DNA of 64,000 bases from Raillietiella orientalis (lineage: Eukaryota): NCBI GenBank assembly GCA_036172245.1, contig JAYWIR010000008.1, positions 558,001 through 622,000 of the forward strand, read 5' to 3'. Shown in pieces: positions 26,101 to 38,913 of the stretch (the stretch's first letter is position 1; each line of letters starts with the position of its first letter). The position numbers were made by a program, and so were the translations under genes. A model generated the notes under the pieces. The model did not search any database and was not told the DNA's origin. It saw only the letters and a list, made by a program, of their open reading frames with translations.

Positions 26101-28700
26101 CTCCTTCTGGAAAAAAGAGTCAGCCTTCCAGCTTCATTGGGGTTGCTCGGGACTCCGGCACCGGAGATTCGATGCCTCCATCGGAAGGAAAGCTTCTATC
26201 TCTGTCTCTGGGATTATCATTGCAGTCTCAATGAACATCATCATCAGGATTGTTGTTCCCAGTCCGACAAGAGGAGGGGTGAATTCATTGAACCGACTTG
26301 TGTACAAAAAGTACAAGGACAGCAAGTGTACAAAGCGCAACGGTGTTTCTTTTTTTTCGAAAGGGAGAGAGGTTGCGGGCACTTTCGTTACATTTCTGGT
26401 CAGATCGGTATGTTATGTCTTTGTGATCTGATCGCTAGGAGATGTTGGACTTCGCTCTCACTTAATCGGTATCGTCGGTTTTTTTTCGGGATGTAGCGGT
26501 ACGTCCAGGCTGGGACCCAGTTGCAACTCTTCATTCGAATTCGATTACTTCTTTGAGGATTGACTGGAGAAGCGCGGCTCTTCCTGATTTCCCGTTTTCT
26601 GCCCCTCTTTGCACTATGCCTGCGATGAAGAGGGCAGTTGTGGCTTCCGGCGCGATCCACAGGGTTCCAAGATCATCCGAGAGCGGTCGTCACGCTCTGC
26701 GGATCCATGAAAGGGAACTGCCACCAGAAGTCTTAAATGAATTTTCTAATGAGCTGTAGGGGAGATCTTGTGAAGTGCACAATTTCAGCACTGGACAGTG
26801 GAACGCCCGCAATGAATGTGGAGAGATGAAGACTCCACATGTCCACCTGTTGATTTGGCACTGCAGAGAAACCGAGGATATGACAGGCTATCGTCAAAAG
26901 ACCAAGGCAAACGGTCTTGAGTTGACTCTCCGGAAAAGGAGAGGATTTTCATAATGCGAAGGGTGATAGCATTCTCCACCAAGAGCTCTGCGACGAGTCG
27001 GAAGCTGCATCGAGGAGGAACTGCGGCATCCGTAAAAGTCCCCCTTGCAGTGCTAGTCCTTGACATCAGACCGAGTGTCACTCCAGACGTCCTCCGGAAT
27101 CTCTCGTTTTTTCCTTCTGCTTTTCCACACTCTATGCCACTCCTGACTCATAGATTACGGGGAAGACTCAAAGCCGTTCCAATAACGCCAACAGCGTTCC
27201 TTCTTGATTGTGAGCAGGGCAACGATTCCGAGAAGAGGATCCGGTTGTCCTGGAGTCCCTGAAGGCAGTCACCGATATTGGAGCTAAACGTGACTTGCTG
27301 CGAGCCACTCCATTCCGAATCCTGTATGCAATTGGCGGATGCTCCGTGCACTTCTTCGAGGATCCGTGGACCACTTGATGGTATGCGTAGGACGCCCAGA
27401 TCTTCCACGATACTATTCTATCCTTGGGTTCGGGCTTGTTCTGCAGAAGGTGAGCGAGGGCTTGTGTGCCAAAAAGAACGAATTTACGAAGACATTCGTA
27501 ATCGCACGAGGGAGTCGCGAGATGCCGGAGTTGCCCCTCCCTATCAGAAGGTGCACCACTTTCTCCTTGGAATGGGATATCGCGCGTGGAGCGCCTGGGC
27601 ACGTTCCAGATCGAAGAACCGACGATTCTTAGAGGGTCACGGTCTCGAGGCGCGGCGGCCGGGCCTCACGCAGGCGGGTGCGCCCTTCAGGACCTCGAAA
27701 AGCCGAACACCAGACTCAAGAGATGATGATGGAAATCCTTGGGTTCTTCTTTTTCTTCTGTCTTTGCTGTTTTCCTTCCAGCTTTTTTTTTTAGGAGTTT
27801 TCTTTTTTTGGTTTGCTAAGTACCTCAGAGCCGGTCGCGTGCCTCGCGGCGCACGTGGCTCTTTTAAACACCTGTTTTGTTTCCACGCCTCTCCCCTGCG
27901 ACAACTCCGCAGGGAGGCGTGTAATTCTTCAGGATAGGGCACCCCGGGATGGGAGTCCGCCCTATGAATCCAGGAAGGGCTCGGAGTCCGTTCCTTTCAC
28001 TCTTGGGGAGGGATCCCTCCCGGACGGGGGGGATCGCACCTCCCACCCTGGTTGTCTCCAAAGCTCCGAAGGGGAACCCCGAAGGGAATCTCCTTCCTCA
28101 TTCTTTCCGGAGGGACCACCGGAACCCGAAAGGGGGGTGGTCCTCTCCATTTCATCTTCTCCGGAGGGAACCTGCAAGGGAACCGCTCCTGTTCACTCCT
28201 CTGAAGAGAACCCCGTAGGGACGCTTCCGAATCTAAGAAGGGAATCTCTGCAGCTTCCTGCAGGGGATCGCTCTCGCTTGCTTCTTTGCTCTCTGTGAAG
28301 AGGCGACGACTCGGAGGGTCCCCCCTCAAGAGGGTGGGGGGACCCTCCTAGTTCCCCTCTCCTTTGAACAACTGGAGAGGTGCCCGTGAGGGCTCCTGCA
28401 CCATCTTGAAACCGGAGGGGTTCCCCGGTGAAAGGGGTCCGCTCTCCGTTGCACGACAGGAGGGGGAACTCCCCACTCCTTTATTCCTGGAAGGACCCGA
28501 AAGTCGACTCCCATTGTTCCGGTCTTCATCGGGGGCCTCCGGTTTGAACCGCTACTGGTGCCACTCCCGAATGTCTCGGCCAACCAGCGCCATTGCAGGA
28601 GAAACTCGAAACCCAACGACGCAGTGGCGTCAGTTTCTGCCGGAGTTTTCGAACCCGCGACGCATTGTGCCACGCGCGGAAGCCTTAACCGCAAAGACTC
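23200..28700. mobile_element. Mixed, heavily decayed non-LTR retrotransposon fragments
   Basis: RT-like minus-strand piece present twice (23548-23645 and 25398-25497), T-rich 3'UTR-like tract 27730-27815, low-complexity S/P/E-rich segment 27940-28330; no intact ORF. Confidence 0.4.
25996..26014. repeat. G19 homopolymer (identical copy at 38271-38289)
   Basis: Run of 19 G seen directly in both duplicated copies. Confidence 0.95.
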
Positions 28701-28709
28701 CGACTCCCG

Positions 28710-29501
28710 CTTCTTCCACACAAACGGAATCCACCTAAGATACTAAGACTACAGGTTCATCCATGCGGCAAGACTAAACCTTCTTCCACTCAACGCAGGA
28801 CCAACAAAGAAGGTTCATGAAAGGATATGTCGGCGTTGCGGAATCGAGGACGAGACACTATCCCACGTGCTGAACAGATGTAAAAAAGCATGTGCCTCTG
28901 ACGATGCAGAGCCATGATGCTATCCTGGAGATTATCAAGAAGGCCGCAACGGATGAAGCCAAGTGGACTCTAGGATCAAGTAATTGCAGAGTGCCAGGAG
29001 CCACCTTCACCCTAAAACCAGACCTGGTCTTAGAAAAAGCGAACGAATAGTTGTGCTGGACATCTGCCCATTCGAAAACGGAAAGGAGACGTTCACCACA
29101 GCTAGGAAAATCAAAGAAGCCAGATACCAAGATGTCGCCATGCAACTCGGAAACACTGGAAAAATAACCACAGTGTAGGCGATCATTGTCGGCTCACTTG
29201 GAGCATGGGATCCTGAAAACGACAACGTTCTCCAACACCTAGGAATTCCGAAAAAGAAGCTTGTAAGGCTACGACAGCGGATGTAGAGGATAGGGACCAC
29301 CTGCATCCGCTTTTCAAGTGGCATCTATGCAACACATGTTAGAAAGAAAAATGCAGCCCAACCAGATGATCTGGACAATGCTCTCACTTCTGAAGAGAGT
29401 ACCGTGAAACCATGAAAAACACGGAGGAAACAACACTCGTGAAAGATTCTCCAGAGGCATTCCAGCAACATTTTTTGTAATAATCCAAACTGCTAAATAA
29501 A
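28710..29501 (+). mobile_element. 5'-truncated Utopia/NeSL-like non-LTR retrotransposon fragment (CCHC plus restriction-like endonuclease)
   Basis: FFHTNGIHLRY*DYRFIHAARLNLLPLN, CRRCGIEDETLSHVLNRC, HDAI, LKPDLV, DICPFENG...FTTAR.IKEARY and IIVGSLGAWDPEND match the C-terminal motifs of NeSL/Utopia RLE elements; AATAAA at 29496-29501; a few stops and frameshifts. Confidence 0.85.
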
Positions 29502-30472
29502 GTTCCTCCTCCTCGCCCAAAAGGCGGACTCTGACCTTCTAAGACTTTGGCGTCTCCTCGCGCGGGATGTCGAGCGACTTTTGGCCTGGTCTCCTCATCG
29601 TTGCGCCATCACCACGCTATGAAATCCTCCCACGCCCATATTTCTCTCTCCTTCCTCCTCCTACCTTTCGCCCCGCAATGGCAAGCAGAAGGTGCCTCGG
29701 ACCTCAGATTCTTTTTCATGGTTCCATGCTGCCTTGAAAAGTCCCTCCAACTTCTCGACTACTTTCCCAGGAAGAAGTGGAACGAATTTGGAGAGGTAGT
29801 GTTCTGGCACGTTGACAATTCTCACGGGATCCCTGCAGGAGCATCGCCCGCCCGAAACGATGTCCGGCCACTCTGAGGAGTGCATCGCGAGACCAGCCGT
29901 GGAAGTGTCGCCGACCCCGGAGTCGGACTCTCAGAGCTATCCGTCCGGTGCCTTCCTTCTCTCAGAGTGCGATCGGGATTCTGGAAAACGAAGTGCGAGT
30001 GAACGGGATCATGATGTCAAGTCAGGGTATCAGCAGATTCGCAAGCGGAAGGTGGGGTTCCGGTGACCGGCAAGGAGCGTGGCGAAAACATCACAGACGG
30101 GAAAAAGCTTGAAGGGGGAAGTCCACCGATGACTCCCATAGTCCACCGATGGCAGCCCGCTTTTCAAGCTCGGGGATTCTTCGACGACTTATCTCCATGA
30201 AATATCGGTGCGCCGTCGCCTATGCGAGCGGCCTAATCAACCCCTCTACATCTCCTGGAAGCCCCTTCGGATAGAGTCGCTTTCCAACGCGTGTGCATGA
30301 CTTCGCTGTTCTCTTCCCATCTCCTCCACTCTTTTCGTCTTCCCGAAGTGCGGTTCCTACTTCGTCCACGCCGTTGCTCCGGTGCTCCTGCCATCCCGTC
30401 GATTCGGACCCGCAGGGGCTACAGGCGTCTTCGCCGGCGAGAGGATTGGCACTGCTTCTGCCGAGGCGAAAT

Positions 30473-32289
30473 CGTGACCCTGGAGCCACACGCTCACGTT
30501 GACTCGAGATCAGAGCGCCTTCATTCGTCTTTCGAGCCTCCAGCTTGGACCGCATAGCCGCCGCCCTTACTCTGGCCCACGTGACCCCTTCCCGAATTAA
30601 GGTAGCGGTCCCCAAGGGACGCTCTCCCGAAGGAAATCGCGCAGCGGGAAAAGCGCGAAAGCCAGCCTCCCTGCACCCTCTGCACCTAACGCTTTCCCAT
30701 TCTACATCGCAGGGTCTCGTTCGTTTCCTTCCTCTCTTCCCGATCGCTCCACCTGCCCTTCGCTGCACTTCGCTGCGTCCGAATCTCCCGTCACTCATTC
30801 CAGAACTTCCGGGATTCGAGTCGAAGCTTTTCTCGCATCCGTTGTCTCCTCAGGGAATGCTGTGACCGTAGGTTCCCTCGACGGAAAGAGAGAGCGACTT
30901 TGCTGACTGGCGCGGCGGACCCGCGGCGGAAACGGGAGGCCTACAGCGTGCGTCGTTCCAGGAGCTCGTCCCACAAAAGCGACGGGAGCGCGGTGGCGAC
31001 GGATCTTCCCCTCAAAAACGGAGAAACTCTTGCGCCTACGTCCGAACTGTCCTCGTTTATGGGTGGTGGACTGAACCTTCTGGCGCTGGACTACGGTTGA
31101 GGCGTCAACGCCAAATTAGTAACCATTCCCTCGCGGAGAATTTAGGGACCGCACCATGGCGCGTTCCAGCACGCCCCCTCGCCAAGAAAGCGAGCAACCG
31201 GCTGCGAGGGATTCCCATCGGTCCTCGTCGCCCTCGAGCCACTTTTAAGATACTGTGGCCAACAACTCCGGCAAATGGTTGTCGCTTGGGTGAAGGAGAA
31301 CACCTGGATCTCCTGCCTCCCCGCGAACTGCAGTGCCTGGTTGCAGGAGTGAGTTGCCTCATGGAACGGAGGGAGGTCTGCGGAAGTTCGCCTGCCTGCA
31401 GGGAGGTGGGATCGCTCGGCAGTCGCTGCAGCAGATGGTGTCCAACGCGCTCAAGATGCTGTGGGCTTCCTCCCCTGTGCTGCCCTCCCTGAAGAACGCG
31501 ACTTCACTTCCCACCAACAAGGTGGGAAGTGATGTCCTGCATTGCAGCAAAAAAAGAAACTTCTGGATGCGTGCACAACTCGGGAGATCACGGACGCTGC
31601 GACCCCGAGTGTCCCGCCTTCGGAACCTCCGCGCTGGAGAGAGCTGCTTGCAAATCCTCCGGAGGAGGTCAAGCGGCCTCCAGCGTGATGGAACAGCGGC
31701 GCACTCCTTTCTCTAGTGGCGGGAGTTGGCGTTGCTGGTGCCGCATGGGGAATCCCATGCAAAGCGCGGCTTCAGCATTGGACACGGGGGAGCGTGGGCT
31801 CTCAGTGCGACAGGTTCGAGAAGAAGGAAACCCTCCCGCACCTGCTGCTAGACTGCGTCTGCTCTCCGATCCCTTTGCGATTGCCTTGCGACGGCACTAG
31901 GAATCCCAGATCAGCCGCAGGGACATTTTGAAACGCCTCTTTGTGCGTGTTGCAGTGCCACCAGCCGCGTCCGTCGCTGCTCTCTGCTGTTTTCGCGGGA
32001 TGGTGGCGGCTTGGAAGGCAGGAAAAAGATGTCAAAATGGCAGGGACGTCATTTCCTGGTCGGAAATCGCCATGAGGATTTCCTCAAGATGGCCCCACCT
32101 GGACAACAACCAGAACGGACTTGCCAGCATCCTGGACGGGATGCTGAGGACGTCTCGCAGCCAGCAGTGATCCCTCGCTCCCTCGTTCCCCCTCACCCTT
32201 CCCGAGAACAACCTTCCCTCCTTTTTTTTTGTCACTTTATTTTTGTTTCCAGTTTACCCTTTCCTTTCGCTCCCGGAGCGCACCTCGCC
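30473..32289 (+). repeat. Segmental duplication block B, copy 1 (partner 41388-43204); contains the 3' part of a decayed L1/Tx1-like element
   Basis: 1817 bp direct repeat at offset 10915 with no differences seen; contains CDRFEKKETLPHLLLDC zinc-finger remnant (~31805-31860) and T-rich tail ~32220-32250. Confidence 0.9.
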
Positions 32290-33605
32290 GGGTTGCGTGT
32301 CGGCTACTCGGCAGGTTCGGAGAATTTTCGGATAGATGGTGTAGGGTCGATGGCCCTACACATGTATGTTTATTTTATAGTGAACGCCTCGGCGCTAACG
32401 TATGTCAGCCTATGAACTCAACGGCCAGACTTACCCTGGGTGGCAGGAACGATGCTGAAAAACTTAGCTCCTAGGCGGGCAGTCTTTGAGTGCGCGCGTC
32501 GGGGCGACGGAGTCGCTTCCTCACGTGCTGCTTCTCTGCGGTGTCCTGGAGATCTAGCGAGGAGCAGCTTCCGCTCTTCGCCATCCGAAGGGTATATCTG
32601 CGGACTCGCTGCGGTTTCCCTTCGAGCAAGGCGGACCCACGACAGGCGCCTCGGTCGCGACGGGATTCTGCGTCCCTGCGTCGTTCGTCACTGCCCGCCC
32701 TCCACCCGCCGAAGTCCCGGGCGCAGCGAAGGGAAAAGGGCGTGCGCGTGGGGGCAGCCGACTTGATGAGGGAGGTCGCTTTCCTTGAAGCAGAAGGTTG
32801 CCAGGGAGATCATCACCATGGCAGAGTCGGTCTTCAGAACAAGAGGCTGTTTCTCACCAATCACCCCTGTCTCCCGGTTTCTCCGGTTTTTTGCTTCTTT
32901 ACCATCCTCTCCCTCGTGCTCCGGACTGGCCTAAGAGCCGGCCTGCGTATCGACCGCCATTCATGTTGAATTTTTCTTGCTCTTTCTTGGGAACCCCCTC
33001 TCCCGACTTGTGCGTTTCCTCTCAAAACGGACGTCCCGGCTTAACACCCCCGTGGCTTTTTATGTTGTTTACTTCTTCGCCGCTTCCCCACCGCTTCCTG
33101 AGGGGACCTCGCTGGACAGGCCCCCCTTGATGTCCGCCCACGAAACCACCGGACACCGAAGCCCTGCCGATTCTGCTGCTTTCCCATTTTGTGCTGGCGC
33201 TTCGGAGCTACGGAGAGCAGACGCAACCCCGCTGTACCTCCCTGCGCGGTAGGGAGCGCAATCGCGCCTACTCAAAACAGGAACGGGTGGGGGAGGAGGA
33301 AGGCCGATGAGGACCGGAACTCCTGTTTCCTGGGAGACGATGTTCCACCAAAACGAAAGGTGAAGACGAGAAAAGGACCAAGGCGTTCCTGGATCGCGAG
33401 TCGGGTTCGCGCGCTCCCGCTGCTCGGGGAGAAGAGAGCTGCGTCAGAATCTTGAAACGCTGTGCCCGCTGCCAACAGCTAGCCACCTGTCCCCACAGGA
33501 TGGAACACATCGATCGGCTCGAGCTGGCTGGCCGGCAGCACGCAGGGCCCCTCACCCAAGGAGGGAAGCCAGGGAGTGAAAGGGAGTAGAGCTCCGAGTC
33601 GCCTG

Positions 33606-36600
33606 CCATAGCGACTGCTCCTGCAGCCGCAATCTCGTCCCAGCAGCTCCCCCCAAGGAACAAGGCGGTTCCCTCGGGCAAGTCTTTTATTGATGGGAGA
33701 TCGGTGCGGCCTTAAGCTTTGAGGGTGACGTCCGCATAGTAGCAGGCCAGAATCTTCTCCTTCTCAGAGATGCTGAATTCGAAACGAGAGGTGAGGTCCA
33801 AGAACGCTATGCTCCATTTGTGTAGATCCGTAGACATGGTTCCGTTGAACGCGTGGGGCAGGTCCTCGCATGACCCCAGTCGACCCATAAGATAATCGAG
33901 GAACTCACAGATGTTGTCGTAGTGGCAGCTTCCCAGATTAAGGATACAGGGCATCTTCACCCAGTAAGATGCGACTTTCACTTTCCAGATCAGATCCAGC
34001 TGAAACGAGGAACGTGAGTGTGCTTCCCGGATCACCAGCGCCTCCTGCGTGCCCCGCCCTAAATTGGGCTCGTAATCCGGGACACCACGAAATTCCGAAT
34101 CTCGAAATCTTAAAGGATTATAAAAACAACCCCAAAAAAATCTATATGTACACAAAAAAACCCTATAAGCTTACTGTGCACATCAATTAATATATGCAAA
34201 TTACCTTTAGATATTTTTACTTTTTCCACTGCATTTCGCCGTCACCATCACTTTAAATTTTGCATAATTGGATATTATATATATCCGTATGTATTTATAA
34301 TCCTTATATATCCATATACTGATACGTAGAATAAACACGTGGATTTACTTTCAACAATATCGTTCCAGATTCGGTGAGCAACCCACCTCCCCCCCCTGCC
34401 CCACCACAGTCACCACAGCGCTGCCGCTTTGCGTGCAGCCTGGAAAACTTGACACGGCTTTTCGGAGGAGACCACAGAAGAGGACACACAAAGGGAGCTC
34501 ACCGATAAAGTCCTGTTCAATGAGGACAGCAGAGCGCCGTCGTAGACCAATTCGAACGGTCCTGGGAAGGTGATGGGATTCGTGTACTTGGCGTCCAACC
34601 TCAAAAGGTCATCTGAGTAGGAAGAGCACTTCTGGACGTACCCCACCTGGAAAACAAGGGAAGGATGAAAGGCTGCGAGGTGCACTCGGAGCAGCCGGAT
34701 GCTGCGAACACGAAGGAACGCCGCTCTTCTCAGGTAAGGAGCGGAGAAAGGAGGGGAAGGAAGATGCAAGGAGCAGAAAGGAGGAAAACGTCGAAAACCG
34801 GACTTTATGCCGCCCTTTCGCCCAGCAGCGGAAGCGCGAGCGCCTTCCAGTCTTCCCGGCTTTCCGCCACCTGCAGCAGCCTCAAAGGAGCACGCAGGAC
34901 TTTGCCCGCACCCTTTCGGCGGGGAAGTCTATTGCCTCCTGGATAGGGAAGAAGGCTTATGCGTAGACGCAGGACGACCTGCCGTGAGTGCCGAGGACCT
35001 CCACGACCCCCATCATTGCCGATCGTGTTGACCGGCCACATCCACGATAAACCCCATACTAAGTCGCTTACGTCACCCAGAGGCGACACAGCCACCGGGC
35101 TCCTTCTCAAACTGCGCATCAGGTTGAAGTTCCTCGCCGAAGCATGGATGACGAACAGGGTCAGCAGGATCACGCGACTCATCATCTTCGGTACCACGAG
35201 AGATCGCAACAGTCGAACAAGGTGGACGAAGAGATCCAGTCGTCGGAGAGAAAGCTGCAGCAGAAAGTCTGGTGTCCACTGCTTTTGTAGATTCCCTCTA
35301 GAGTGCAATCCGGTTATCAATCCCCTTTATCTCCCATCACAGGTGACAGGCACGTTGACGAGGAGGAAAATTTCGGCACCTGGGTAACCAGGGTTGGATC
35401 CGATCTGGTGGGATGCAGTGCAACTCAAGGTCAGATTGATGACGATCAGAGAGGATTTGCCGCCTGGGGACCTTTGAATCCCGGGTGTTGCGGGTGTGGA
35501 TGCGATGAAGAAATCCAGAGTGCACCGATGTTCTCAGATTTATCTTTGGTGAATGGCTGCAGTTTCACCGACATCTCATGCGACCCGGAATCTTGGCATG
35601 ACTTTCCGCAAGCACGATAAAGGTGGGGAGGAATCCAAAGAGGAGTGGGGTCAGCACCCGTATTTGCGAGGATTATCCCAGCGACGAGATCGCGGGAGCA
35701 TCTCCTGCGGGGTCTCTGAAGACCGGCTTCGGCGGGAGAAGGTTCGCCACGCCCGCAGGCAAGGAAGGGTTGCGACCCAGACCGGTGTACCGACAGCACC
35801 ACCGCTTAGGGGACGGCAGATATTGCACGGAAAGGCGGCCGAAGGCAAAGTCGAACGTCCCAACGGTCCAGCGAATCCAACTCCACAGAAGAGAACGATG
35901 CTGCTGATTTCTCAACATCCCCTCGTCGGACTATCATTCGAATTTTTGGGAACTTCCTCGTCCTTACCGTAGTATAGTTTCCGGGTTATGGTGACGACCT
36001 CGGTGGGTTGCTGATCGGGTTACGCGGAGCCTTCGGGAAGGAAAGAAGCATTGGTTACGCCAGACAAAAAGGGAAGGCCTCTGTTCGTCTTCAGGATGCC
36101 ATCTTCGCAAATGGGGACTCGTGCGAATGAAAAGCAAGGAGCATCCAAAGCGATCGAACGGCAACGGGATGGGAGACCAGCAGTTTTCCCTGCATGTGTG
36201 CCCCCTAAAAACTCCGTCGCTCCTTTGGAGGCCAGCATTCATGAGACACCACGGCCAACGAGATTTACCACCGCCTTATCTCCGGCAGGATTCCACTTCT
36301 TTCCATGCTGTCACTGACGACGCCGACGGACATCTCAAACGGGAAGCGCGAGTCCGGGATCATAGCCGGAAGTGGCCGTACCGGAGCTGAACGGCGAGTC
36401 CACTCCTGGAACCACTGGGCCAGCAGTCCCCACCTACGGCTCGCTGGCACATGCCGTCCCTTGCAGCAGAGCATCGTGCCGACAGACACGATGCGAGAGG
36501 AGGGACTTGTCCTTCCTCCAGCATCCGTGTAACGACTTTCCATGTAACGACTTAGCATACGAGTCTTTGCTTCATCCCGCGTCCGACATCTGGCTCCTCC

Positions 36601-38913
36601 GACCACGACCTCCTCTTTCCCTTCTCCTCACAGCAATTTTTCATTGCGTCCCGATTCCCATGGTTGCGCCTTCTTGGGATGCCGACACCTTGGATTCTTC
36701 GAGTGAGAAGGATGTAACCTCAATCTTTCCTGTCCCCCGCTGGCTCGCCTCTCTTCCGCTGCGGTCCAGCTCCATATTTCGAAAGATGACAATAAAGGAA
36801 ACACGTTTTGCTTACTCTGTATACGCTATGTGAATTTATTTTAGTGTGTGTGTGGTTATTCATATTCACTGAGATGCGCATTGTTCGCAGTAATGTAGTT
36901 GTCACAGATACGCGTATTAATATTCACTCGCATACGTTTTATTAATAAAATTCTGATTCGCTGATAACATTGTTGGTATACACAGTGAAGATGATAAAAA
37001 GTTACTATATATATGCATATTATCTATATCCGTATTTATAGATGATATAAATTTACATCTCTCTCTTTATGTGCGTGTGCGAATATATATATATCGTATG
37101 CATAATATGTAAGTTGATATATAGGAATCGTTATGCATACTGAAATAAATTTGTACATTACTGTACGTACAATAAGCACACACACACGTGTTTGTCTCCT
37201 TTATGGTCCTGCGGAATTCGGATCGTTCGGAATTCGGTCGGCATGTCTTCCGCCGTTTCCCCACGCGGAAGCCGGTGCCAGGGCCATCGCCTCAGGCATC
37301 GACAGCTTTCTTTCTGATGCTGCGGTCTACGCAGCTACTGGACCCATCTGACACACGGCCAGCCCAGGCCCGAAGTACGCACGCGGACTGAGGCGAACGC
37401 GGGGAAGCAGGGAAGCCACTTCCGGAGAAAAGCGCAGGCGCAGGCGCACGCTTTGGAAGGAGCTTGCACTCTTGGAGAGCCTCGCACCGCCCGCACCCCT
37501 TGCACGATGCTCGCATACCCTTCTCTCTACCCTTCCCTTTTTGTGCCCTTCCTCCTGTGCACCGAGGAACGATGGCAGCTTTCTCCCTTCCCATTTCATC
37601 CCGGTCGTCTTCTGACTTCATCTGCATTCCCTCCAGAATGCATCCCTCCCAAGCGGGTATCCCGTGCGCGGCATTGCATGGAAACGCCGCCGTACGCAAA
37701 GTCGAACGTCCCAACGGTCTAGCGACCCCATCTCCACTGGGATGAACGGTGTTGCTGGCGTCTGAGCATCCTGAGCGAGAGAAAAGATCATCGCTCAAGT
37801 CATCGCGCCGCGTTCCCACGGCCAGCCATCCACGCCTTGTCGAAATCAGGAAACCCAGAAAATCCAGCATCTTCTGCCTTGCAGTCCTTGATTCTCAGGC
37901 GACAAAAATCTTCAGGTGCTCCCCTTATCTGTTTGGACTTTATCGTTTCTACGAATGAGCTGTTACCCATCTGAAACAGGATGCGACGGATGTTTCTTTG
38001 CGGGTTCCAAGAGGGTTTCCAAAAAGACGATCAGAAACGGATGGTGTATTTCAGTCACACTGATTCCAGTGTACACCTGGAGACGGGATGCAACCATCCT
38101 GGCGGATGGCGCGGGGGACCCTTCAGATGGCTGCGTGTCCCGTGGCTCGGCAGGCCGCGGCGAACCCCAAATGTTGCGCCGCCCCGATTCCTGGCGAACC
38201 GACGCTGATGTTAGTCACGAGGGCTTCCGCGTAACCTTGTAGGAGGTTTCCTGACTCCTTCCTAGGGCGAGGGGGGGGGGGGGGGGGGGATCCGCCTTGA
38301 GTGTCCTGGCAGCTGCTGAGCGCCTCTGGGAAGATGGACGCGTTGCCATGTGGGAGCCGGGTCGCGAGGGCGGTTCTCCTTCTGGAAAAAAGAGTCAGCC
38401 TTCCAGCTTCATTGGGGTTGCTCGGGACTCCGGCACCGGAGATTCGATGCCTCCATCGGAAGGAAAGCTTCTATCTCTGTCTCTGGGATTATCATTGCAG
38501 TCTCAATGAACATCATCATCAGGATTGTTGTTCCCAGTCCGACAAGAGGAGGGGTGAATTCATTGAACCGACTTGTGTACAAAAAGTACAAGGACAGCAA
38601 GTGTACAAAGCGCAACGGTGTTTCTTTTTTTTCGAAAGGGAGAGAGGTTGCGGGCACTTTCGTTACATTTCTGGTCAGATCGGTATGTTATGTCTTTGTG
38701 ATCTGATCGCTAGGAGATGTTGGACTTCGCTCTCACTTAATCGGTATCGTCGGTTTTTTTTCGGGATGTAGCGGTACGTCCAGGCTGGGACCCAGTTGCA
38801 ACTCTTCATTCGAATTCGATTACTTCTTTGAGGATTGACTGGAGAAGCGCGGCTCTTCCTGATTTCCCGTTTTCTGCCCCTCTTTGCACTATGCCTGCGA
38901 TGAAGAGGGCAGT
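33606..38913. repeat. Segmental duplication block A, copy 2
   Basis: Matches 21380-26638; identity ends abruptly after ...gaagagggcagt (38913). Confidence 0.95.
33712..35185 (-). CDS. GM2 ganglioside activator-like (ML-domain) secreted lipid-binding protein, copy 2, ~202 aa
   Basis: Exons 35185-35077, 34938-34871, 34646-34503, 33999-33712; same structure as copy 1; last exon LDLIWKVKVASYWVKMPCILNLGSCHYDNICEFLDYLMGRLGSCEDLP...ILACYYADVTLKA; AATAAA ~20 nt after the stop. Confidence 0.85.

Larger units (their letters stand above)
21380..26638. repeat. Segmental duplication block A, copy 1 (partner ~33606-38913)
   Basis: Direct repeat at offset 12274-12275. No differences seen from 23138 to 26638 (ORF translations identical, G19 run identical); scattered SNPs 22200-23137; clearly diverged 21380-22200. 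Confidence 0.95.

Noticed and set aside
29510..29530. U2 snRNA-like target next to the Utopia-like fragment
   Set aside because: Only ~9 nt of similarity, in the reverse orientation.
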